Part shown: one piece after another, positions 56,400-64,000 of the stretch
How the letters are laid out: every line of letters starts with the position of its first letter
Position numbering within the stretch: the stretch's first letter is position 1
Assembly: GCA_002269645.1 (NCBI GenBank)
Contig: NIVC01000886.1
Span: 186,001 to 250,000, forward strand
Origin: Macrostomum lignano
Taxonomy: Eukaryota
Direction: 5' to 3'
DNA length: 64,000 bases
The notes under the pieces: generated by a model
Told to the model about the DNA's origin: nothing
Seen by the model: only the letters and a program-made list of their open reading frames with translations
Databases searched by the model: none
Program-made: the position numbers and the translations under genes

Positions 56400-57885
56400 A
56401 AATAAGAGGAGAGGAAATAGAAGATGAGAGATGAGACAATAAGAGAGGAGAGGCAGGAAATGGAATGAGAAAAGAGATGAGAGAGAAAATATGATAAGAG
56501 AAGTGGGGAGCAAGGGATGTGATGGAAAGGGGTGGAAAGAAGAAAATGAGGAGAGGAAAGAGGAAGACAAGGGAGGGAAGAGAGAGGAGAGAGGGGAGAG
56601 AGAAGAGGGGAGAGAGAAGAGGGGAGAGAGAAGAGGGGAGAGAGAAGAGGGGAGAGAGAAGAGGGGAGAGAGAAGAGGGGAGAAAGAAGAGGGGAGAGAG
56701 AGGAGGGGAGAGAGAGGAGGGGAGAGAGAAGAGGGGAGAGAGAAGAGGGGAGGGAGAAGAGGGAGAGAGAAGAGGGGAGAGAGAAGAGGGGAGGGAGAAG
56801 AGGGGAGAGAGAAGAGGGGAGGGAGAAGAGGGGAGAGAGAAGAGGGGAGAGAGAAGAGGGGAGAGAGAAGAGGGGAGAGAGAAGAGGGGAGAGAGAAGAG
56901 GGGAGAGAGAAGAGGGGAGGGAGAAGAGGGGAGAGAGAAGAGGGGAGATGAAAGAGGGGAGAAAGAAGAAGGGAGAGAGAAGAGGGGAGAGAGAAGAGGG
57001 GAGAGAGAAGAGGGGAGAGAGAAGAGGGGAGAGAGAAGAGGGGAGAAAGAAGAGGGGAGAGAGAGGAGGGGAGAGAGAGGAGGGGAGAGAGAAGAGGGGA
57101 GAGAGAAGAGGGGAGGGAGAAGAGGGAGAGAGAAGAGGGGAGAGAGAAGAGGGGAGGGAGAAGAGGGGAGAGAGAAGAGGGGAGAGAGAAGAGGGGAGAG
57201 AGAAGAGGGGAGAGAGAAGAGGGGAGAGAGAAGAGGGGAGAGAGAAGAGGGGAGAGAGAAGAGGGGAGAGAGAAGAGGGGAGAGAGAAGAGGGGAGGGAG
57301 AAGAGGGGAGAGAGAAGAGGGGAGATGAAAGAGGGGAGAAAGAAGAGGGGAGAGAGAAGAGGGGAGAGAGAAGAGGGGAGAGAGAAGAGGGGAGAGAGAA
57401 GAGGGGAGGGAGAAGAGGGAGAGAGAAGAGGAGAGAGAGAAGAGGGGAGGGAGAAGAGGGGAGGGAGAATAGGGGAGAGAGAAGAGGGGAGAGAGAAGAG
57501 GGGAGAGAGAAGAGGGGAGAGAGAAGAGGGGAGAGAGAAGAGGGAAGAGAGAAGAGGGGAGAGAGAAGAGGGGAGAGAGAAGAGGGGAGAGAGAAGAGGG
57601 GAGAGAAGAGGGGAGAGAGAAGAGGGGAGAGAGAAGAGGGAGAGAGAAGAGGGGAGAGAGAAGAGGGGAGAGAGAAGAGGGGAGAGAGAAGAGGGGAGAG
57701 AGAAGAGGGGAGAGAGAAGAGGGGAGAGAGAAGAGGGGAGAGAGAAGAGGGGAGAGAGAAGAGGGAGAGAGAAGAGGGGAGAGAGAAGAGGGGAGAGAGA
57801 AGAGGGGAGAGAGAAGAGGGGAGAGAGAAGAGGGGAGAGAAGAGGGAGAGAGAAGAGGGGAGAGAAGAGGGGAGAGAGAAGAGTT
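56400..57885. repeat. Polypurine 14-15-bp array
   Basis: Unit gagagagaagaggg(g); almost no pyrimidines; ends about 120 nt before the E7 acceptor. Confidence 0.95.
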
Positions 57886-58005
57886 AATAAGAGACATAAG
57901 TATTGGTATTTTGAATTCTCAAAGGATTTGATGTCCCCATGTAGTCCCCATGTAAATAAGCATCAAACTCCAGCTCACAAAACTAGTTGGTCTCCCACCT
58001 CCCAG

Positions 58006-58674
58006 GACCTCGACGCCGAGAGTTTGCTGCACTCCGCCGAACTGGAGATCCTGTCGCATCGCTACGCCAACGTGTCCTGCGGCGGCACCAGTTCGGATCC
58101 TCGAGCTCGACTCCGGGCTCGGCTGGACAATGTCAACCAGCGCTGGCGACGGCTCGGCGAGCAGGCGGCGGAACTGCGCAGCCGGATTCGTCGCCAGGAG
58201 GACACCGCCTGGCAGGGCATGCTGGCCAGGCTGAAGAGTCTCAACGATTGGCTCGCCAGTCGAGACGCTGGACTTCGTCAGCGACAGCTCCTGCTGGGTG
58301 GCGACAGCGCCTCGCTACGCCAGCAGATCAGCGAGCACGAGACTCTTGTCGGCGAGTTGCAGTCGCGTCGAATCGAAGTTGAGCAGGCCCTGGAGCAGGG
58401 CGAGAGCTACTTCGGTCAGCAAGACTTCGCAGGTGGGCAGCAGCAGCAGCAGCAGCAGCAGCAACTCCCGCGGCCAGCCAGTGCGATGAGTCAGAGCGGG
58501 CACGAGTCCGGAGCTGAATCAGAGGACGCCGGAGGCGAAGGCGAAGACCAGCAGCAGCCGCAGCAGAAAAATCTGCGACTGACGCGACGGATTCGAAGGA
58601 ATTTGCATCAACTGAAACGGCGATGGCTGGAGTTGAACTTGCGAGTTAGAGAGTACCAGGAGAAGCTGCAGCAG
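58006..58674 (+). CDS. Dys: Dystrophin exon E7: R22-R23 (phase 0-0)
   Basis: Acceptor tctcccacctcccag and donor CAG|GTTGGT. RLDNVNQRW..L...AAELRSRI...W..MLARLKSLNDWL...LGGDSASLRQQ...HE...LTRRIRR...W parallels human RLDNMNFKWSELRKKSLNIRSHL...WL..KDDEL...IGGDFPAVQKQNDVH...VTRLLRK (recalled). Confidence 0.92.
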
Positions 58675-58694
58675 GTTGGTGGCCACACTTTGGG

Positions 58695-58755
58695 GTGATT
58701 AGATGTTATACTATGGTGTGATTAGATGTTATACTATGGTGTGATTAGATGTTAT
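58695..58755. repeat. 23-bp minisatellite truncated by the LTR insertion
   Basis: gtgattagatgttatactatggt at 58695 and 58718; the third copy (58741) stops after 15 nt at the LTR end. Confidence 0.9.
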
Positions 58756-59743
58756 TGTTGTACCTTTGGTTGTCCTGCTGTACAGCGCAGTGACTTAGGC
58801 TTCGTCCTCTCACTTAGAAGCCTTCTTAACTTTAGTAGCGTAGGTAGTGCTGCCACCAGTTCCTTCAGGTCTCGGCCTTCGGTGAGGTGAGCTTCCCGTC
58901 GGAACGAAATAATGAAGTCAACGAACACAGCACGACGTGCAGATTTGCAGCTCAACGTATAAGGCGTCTCGTCAGCAGTACCTGCCGGGCTAGGATGGTA
59001 GAGGGAGGGCTGAGTTAGCCTCTCGTAGACTTGGGTTGACTTGGTCGGGTTTCAGTCGGAGCAGTAGGAATAGAGTCAATACTCGCAAAGGCTCGGACAC
59101 TCGGGGATTTGGTCACACGCAGACGTAGAACTCGAGGTTGAACAGAAAGAAGACTCCTTGACGGAAACAAGGGGGAGAGAGCTCCTATTTATAGCCGGGA
59201 AACACCCACGCAGAAGACCTCGTGACTTGTTCTATTTTTAGAACTGACGTCACTCGAGAGTCTTGGGCAGGGTACAAGCGTGCGGAAGACCTCGTGACTT
59301 GTTCTATTTTTAGAACTGACGTCACTTGAGGTCCCCGGCCAGAGTACACGCGGCTGTGACTCAGTTGCTATTTTTAGCAACATGAGTCACTCCTCTCCTT
59401 AGAGAAGGGAGGGGTCCGAAAGCACGTGACTCACCCGGTAAACAGGGCCAACGAGTGCAGTAAACATGTTTACTGCACTTTAAGACTCAAAGAACGCAAG
59501 AACTGTCATGTGACTTGCTCACAAGACAGGGAAAACGGGACGGGAGCGAAACAGAGACAGCCCACAGCCGAGAGGCTGTGGGCTGAGAACGGAGACGCAG
59601 AAGGCCAGAACAGGCCACGGGCAGCAGCAGACAAACGAAAGGGAGGGGCGGGAAGCTGACCAGCGGCAGACAGCAACCCAGGGCGGAGGCGAGGGAACAG
59701 CTGACAAGTGCGACGCCTAACCATAAACTAGCGGCTCACTACA
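58756..59743 (-). repeat. 3' LTR (988 bp), TGTAGT...ACAACA
   Basis: On the minus strand it starts TGTAGTGAGC directly after the purine tract and ends GTACAACA (imperfect terminal inverted repeat). It has a TATA-like CTATAAATAG at 59194-59185, with tandem enhancer-like repeats upstream. Confidence 0.8.
59185..59433 (-). promoter_or_regulatory. LTR U3 promoter/enhancer: TATA, MEF2-consensus sites, CRE, AP-1 and E-box motifs
   Basis: CTATTTATAG 59185; CTATTTTTAG 59232, 59304, 59368; TGACGTCA 59245, 59317; TGACTCA/TGAGTCA 59357, 59383, 59427; CACGTG 59423. These are motif matches only; function is untested. Confidence 0.6.
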
Positions 59744-59755
59744 CTCTCCCCGTTC
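59744..59755 (-). other. Polypurine tract (plus-strand DNA primer)
   Basis: Minus strand GAACGGGGAGAG abuts the LTR TG. Confidence 0.8.
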
Positions 59756-60391
59756 AAATAAAGAGGCGGAGTGAAGGCGGAGCGCGCCTTTATTTAAAAA
59801 GGTAAACTGCAGAAAATAAAATTTTGATTGGCAAAGAGATGTTACACTGTCGGCGCAATGCACGATTTGGCTGGGTCAGGGCCTTGATTGACCCTAAACG
59901 CATTGCGGGGGCGTCGGCCCGCCTTGAGAAAGACGCCTAAATGCCGGGTTGCCTTCGAATAATAGCAGAGCCCGTGGGGGGAAGAAAAGGGGTCACCGAG
60001 CAGGCAACGGGGACATTAAAAGAGAAGGCCACTAAGGGCTACAAACGCGCGGCTGGGCGAGGGCCGTATTGCTGCCCAAAAATTGCTGGCAAGACACGGA
60101 AAACCGGAAAAGAAAGGGGGGCGCCGGCCCCATCATAAGAAAGAGGCGCCTAAATAGATAAGTAGGTGGGTTGCGGGAGTCAAGTGCAGAGCCCACAATT
60201 CGGCAAGAAAAAAAAAGGGGTCAAATGCGCCAGGAAGGCAAGAGGGACATGGCGATGGCGGGCAAGAGTCGCCCAAAACGCAGTGACAGGCGCGGACTGC
60301 ACCTGAACAAACGCAGGCAGCGCGGAAGAGGCAAGGGCGCTAAATTAGCGGGGCGCCAATTGTTTCACTAGGGCAGTTAGCAAGTCCGCAG

Positions 60392-63300
60392 TTATTCCGC
60401 TCCGGGTCCATCGCAGCGCCGTATGATGTCCGGTACCTCTGGAGTGCGGCCAGCGATGTGCTCCGCAATCAGCCGGGCTGCCGCTCGCGCCGCTTCAGGG
60501 TACGGCGGGTTGCGTAGCGTAGGTGCTGCCAGATGTGCGACCTCATCCATGAGACGCTGGCGGTCCTCGGCGCTAAGGGCTCTTACGGCGGCCCACCGAG
60601 GCCACGCGGCCAGGTTTGGTAGGATACCAAGCTGGGCTGCGGCTGTTAGTTGCTGGCCTAGGTAATAAATGGTTTCGATATAACGGGAGACCGCAGCTTG
60701 CACGTCCATCAGCGGAGGGTCCTGGCGCTGTGCCGCGGGCTCGGCGTCGGCCGCGTCCTGGTCGGCCGTCGGGGGCTCCGGTGAGCTGGGCGGGGCTGCC
60801 GTCGCCGGGTAATCGGGGCCGACGAGAGCCTGGCGGAGGTCCGTGGCCAGGCCCGCCCAATCGGTAGTTTCGAGAGGCGCGTCCGCCTGACAGGCGGCTT
60901 CCGCTGTCGTGGGCGCCTCCGGTGGGCTGGACTCCGGGGTGGTCGGGAGCCTTGGGCCGTCATCGGTGGGCGGCGTGGCTGGTTCCATGCGAAGCTCCGG
61001 CCCGGCGATCCTAAAATCAAAGGGGTCATTGGCAACTGCCGTTTCCGCTTTAGGCTTCTGGTCCTTAGTGAGTGCCTCCGGTTGTAGCGCTGGCTGTACA
61101 GCTGCCTGCACCGTTGCAGGCGCCTCGGGGACCGGGACCTCAGGTCGGGGCGGTTGTAGTTGTTGTCGCACCGCAGCAGTTCCTCGTGACACGGCCTTCT
61201 GGATGTCGACGTTATGTGCCACCTTCTCGCTCTTGAGGCGGCGCACGGGGTTGTCCGGCTGAGTGAGATCGATGAACATCGGTGGGGCAACCGCCGTGGC
61301 TCCGGTCGAGGCTTGCCCACTGGATGGCCGGGCGACGTCGCGAGCTTGATCGGTCTCGACTTGCATGCGGATTTCAGCCAGGCCGCGACTAACTCCGTCC
61401 TCGGGGTCTGTCTGGCGGCATCGAGCCCTGCGCCTCCGGCGCGATCGCCTGGACGGGCGCCTCTCAGGGGGCGGCGAACGGGTCCTAGATGGCGGTGACG
61501 CGAGCCGGCTGCTGGCCCGGGATCCAATTCGATGCTGGAGGGCGCTGCGGGGTGCATCCTGCGGACCGCCGAAAGGCTCGTACTGGCCAGCGGCCGCGCC
61601 AATTGGTGGCCCCCGGAAACTTGGGACCGAGGCGTCTCGGCGGCGAATCTGCCTTTGGCTTTCCTCGGAAGAGGAGCGCTCAGTGCGCTTCGTGGAGCGT
61701 TGCGAGTGCATTTCTGCGCTGAAATGCGTTTCAATTTGTGCGCGGATGCGGGCGGTGCGGCTATCATAAGTCTTAGCCCTAGGATTAATAATCAGCCTCT
61801 CAGGCTGCCTACGATTCCTAGCCGGCCTACCGGCATCTACCGTTCCTAATGACGCTTCCACCGGAGTGGTGCATAGCGACGGCCCAGGGGTCTGGACCAC
61901 AGAAAAAGCAGCACTGGGGGCAGGAGCAGAAACGGGCGGAAAAGAAACAACAGGCGTAGACGCATCAAGAACAGGCTCATGCAAATGACATTCACCATAC
62001 GGCACTGGCTCACGCCGAAGTGCACTTGCCTGGTTCGCTGGTGTCGTGACCGGTCCACCTCCTGGCTGCACCTCCGGGATCGCCAAAGGCCGGAAGTGCC
62101 ATCGGAGGGCCGGCCTTGCGTCGTAGCCGTCATCATCATCATCATCGGGGTCGTCCTGGTCGTCCTCGGGAATCGACGTCAGGGTCGCGGGTCCTGCGCC
62201 GTCGGGGACGTCGGGCGGTCGCCGACGTTTCTTCGGTTTGTCGACTTCAGGATCGGAAGTCCTCGTGTAATCGGCGTCAGGCACGAGTAGGAGGTTCCGG
62301 CGATGGACGATTAGTTCGTCTCGTCTGGCTCTCGGGTTGGGCAGTCTCCGTCGAATCTTGTAGACGACCTCGCCCTTGGGCTCGACGACTTCGTATAAGG
62401 CTTTGCGAGGTCGATGAAATTTCGCCGCTTCATCCGGTTCGAGCACCGGGTTGTTGAGGAAGACCAGATCGCCGGGTTGGAGCTTCTTGGCGGCGGGCAG
62501 GTTCGAGTAGTGCTCGTCTCGCAGTTGTTGGTGCAGGTGCAGGCGCTCCTTGGCCAGCTCAGTCGCCTCGTCCAGGCGACACTGGAAGTCTTTGACGTAG
62601 TCGGGCAGATCGGCGTACTCAGGCAGCTTCTTCAGCGCGTTGTCGATCGGGAGTCGGAAGTCACGGCCGAACACCAGGTAGTGAGGCGTGAAACCTGTCA
62701 CCGGGTGGACGCTGGAGCGGAGAGCCATCAGGCAGGCTGGGAGGTAGGTATCCCAGTCGTTGTGGTTGCGCTCAAGCAGGCAGGTGAGGACCTTCTTTAG
62801 TTGTTTGTTCAGATTCTCGACTTGTCCATTGGAAGCTGGGTTGTATGGTGTTGTTGTCGTGTGCCGAATGCCGAACAGGTCGCAGAACTTCTTGAAAGCT
62901 GTGCCGGTAAAGTTGGTGCCTTGGTCGGTGTGAATCCAGCATGGTACACCGAATTCGGGGATGAAGCGCTCTTGCAGAAGCTTGATGACTGTTTTGGCTT
63001 TCTGGTTTCTCATCGGGTAGGCGAATGGATACTTCGACGTCGCATCGCACAAGGTCAGGATGTAGCGGTTGCCGCTCTTGCTTTTCTGCGCGATTGGTCC
63101 TACTACATCACAGTGGATTCTACCCAGAACTTCGCAGACTGGGAAGCTCTGGACCGGAACTCTTTCTCGCCGTCGCGATTTACTTTCAAGGCAGGTGCGG
63201 CACTTACTGATGAAGGTCTTGGTAGCACGGGCTAATCCGGGTCTCCAGAACCGTTCTCGTAGCCGCAGTAACGTCTTCGTCTCGCCGAGGTGTCCACACA

Positions 63301-64000
63301 GTGGCGAACTGTGGAGCTCCTGGAGCACCTGGGCGTCAAGGGCCTCAGGCAGAACAACCTTTGGCGGCTGCTGGCCATCGGACAGGTCAATCAGCAGCAG
63401 GCCGTTGTCCTCCTGCAGGTTCTCGTAGTATCCGAGCAGGTTCCGCTGCTCCTTCGTCAGGCGCAACCGGGCGTCGAACTCAGGCTTCGGGGCTTCGTCC
63501 TTGACCAGGTTGAGCACGTAGCTAATGGCTCGGTCAGCGCGCTGGGCTTCAACGAACTGTTGGCGAGTCATCGGCAGTTGCAGAAAATCAGTGAGCACAG
63601 CGCGGCATGGCTGAGGGGTCATGACTACCGCAGTCTCCGCTTTAATGGCTCCAGGTCGATCACACAGCACCGTCTTGTCGGCGTCAGGATTAGGTCGCTC
63701 CGAGGGACTTTGTCTCACAACGTCGGCGTACGTCCGTTGATCTCGAATCGAAGTTCTCTTCATCGCTCTCATGACAGAAGATTCCGCAGATGGAGCAGCG
63801 CGCATGCCTCCACTGCATAGCACAGGCGACTCTTGGCTGTAGGGCGGGACGCAACACGTGAAGCACGCCTCGTCGCAGGCAGCCGTAGCCGTCGGCTCGG
63901 TAGTCATCAAAATTGGGTGAGTCTTCTCCTGCACTGGGCGGTGTCGCAAAGGGGGACTCGACTTTCCGCACAGGCGATGAGCAGCTGTCTGTTGGCCCGG
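60392..64000 (-). CDS. Pol C-terminal part: integrase (HHCC zinc finger, DDE core, GPY/F-like region) plus a long C-terminal extension
   Basis: The frame is open to the window edge. LHSSPLCGHLG...KCRTC (H at 63313); RIHCDVVGP (D 63109), IHTDQGTNF (D 62926), SNGQVENLNK (E 62818). Stop at 60392-60394. Confidence 0.92.
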   Translation of the reverse strand, partial: PGQQTAAHRLCGKSSPPLRHRPVQEKTHPILMTTEPTATAACDEACFTCCVPPYSQESPVLCSGGMRAAPSAESSVMRAMKRTSIRDQRTYADVVRQSPSERPNPDADKTVLCDRPGAIKAETAVVMTPQPCRAVLTDFLQLPMTRQQFVEAQRADRAISYVLNLVKDEAPKPEFDARLRLTKEQRNLLGYYENLQEDNGLLLIDLSDGQQPPKVVLPEALDAQVLQELHSSPLCGHLGETKTLLRLRERFWRPGLARATKTFISKCRTCLESKSRRRERVPVQSFPVCEVLGRIHCDVVGPIAQKSKSGNRYILTLCDATSKYPFAYPMRNQKAKTVIKLLQERFIPEFGVPCWIHTDQGTNFTGTAFKKFCDLFGIRHTTTTPYNPASNGQVENLNKQLKKVLTCLLERNHNDWDTYLPACLMALRSSVHPVTGFTPHYLVFGRDFRLPIDNALKKLPEYADLPDYVKDFQCRLDEATELAKERLHLHQQLRDEHYSNLPAAKKLQPGDLVFLNNPVLEPDEAAKFHRPRKALYEVVEPKGEVVYKIRRRLPNPRARRDELIVHRRNLLLVPDADYTRTSDPEVDKPKKRRRPPDVPDGAGPATLTSIPEDDQDDPDDDDDDGYDARPALRWHFRPLAIPEVQPGGGPVTTPANQASALRREPVPYGECHLHEPVLDASTPVVSFPPVSAPAPSAAFSVVQTPGPSLCTTPVEASLGTVDAGRPARNRRQPERLIINPRAKTYDSRTARIRAQIETHFSAEMHSQRSTKRTERSSSEESQRQIRRRDASVPSFRGPPIGAAAGQYEPFGGPQDAPRSALQHRIGSRASSRLASPPSRTRSPPPERRPSRRSRRRRRARCRQTDPEDGVSRGLAEIRMQVETDQARDVARPSSGQASTGATAVAPPMFIDLTQPDNPVRRLKSEKVAHNVDIQKAVSRGTAAVRQQLQPPRPEVPVPEAPATVQAAVQPALQPEALTKDQKPKAETAVANDPFDFRIAGPELRMEPATPPTDDGPRLPTTPESSPPEAPTTAEAACQADAPLETTDWAGLATDLRQALVGPDYPATAAPPSSPEPPTADQDAADAEPAAQRQDPPLMDVQAAVSRYIETIYYLGQQLTAAAQLGILPNLAAWPRWAAVRALSAEDRQRLMDEVAHLAAPTLRNPPYPEAARAAARLIAEHIAGRTPEVPDIIRRCDGPGAE

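Larger units (their letters stand above)
58756..64000 (-). mobile_element. Ty3/Gypsy-type LTR retrotransposon, 3' part (pol end, 3' UTR, PPT, 3' LTR); continues beyond the window
   Basis: Integrase ORF, polypurine tract and TG...CA LTR occur in the correct order on the minus strand, antisense within a dystrophin intron. Integrase being the last pol domain, with a GPY/F-like region, is the Ty3/Gypsy arrangement. Confidence 0.9.

Noticed and set aside
56491-58005. N-terminal part of the 735-aa ORF
   Set aside because: A purine array happens to be in frame with E7; the exon starts at the acceptor at 58005.
60423-63971. Numerous short overlapping ORFs within the retrotransposon
   Set aside because: Expected shadow ORFs of GC-rich pol coding sequence; none has recognisable motifs.

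Overview
Eukaryotic animal genomic DNA; there is no sign of prokaryotic genes, rRNA, tRNA or CRISPR. GC-rich exons in a microsatellite-saturated background suggest an invertebrate, possibly a free-living flatworm such as Macrostomum, but that is a guess. Roughly half of the window (about 32 kb by summing arrays) is tandem repeat, which explains nearly all long ORFs in the track. The real gene is a + strand dystrophin (DMD/Dys family) rod-domain segment. Seven exons (3396-3806, 21736-22111, 22642-22934, 23649-23955, 24627-24795, 44529-45172, 58006-58674) have canonical AG/GT ends and chain in frame into about 956 codons. The last two match spectrin repeats R20-R23 of dystrophin, and two intron positions appear to match human DMD introns 52 and 55. 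Inside the intron-52 equivalent is a 1.5-1.8 kb Q/P-rich exon that is phase-compatible as either an alternative first exon (Dp186-like) or a giant cassette exon. Two further candidate internal first exons, a mid-intron recursive-splice motif and microexon candidates are present. A 2484-bp tandem duplication lies in the intron-55 equivalent. The window ends in an antisense Ty3/Gypsy retrotransposon inserted 81 nt after the last exon. It has a 988-bp 3' LTR carrying clustered MEF2/CRE/AP-1 motifs, and an integrase fused to an unusually long, unrecognised C-terminal extension. Human and Drosophila comparisons are recalled from memory and need confirmation by alignment.
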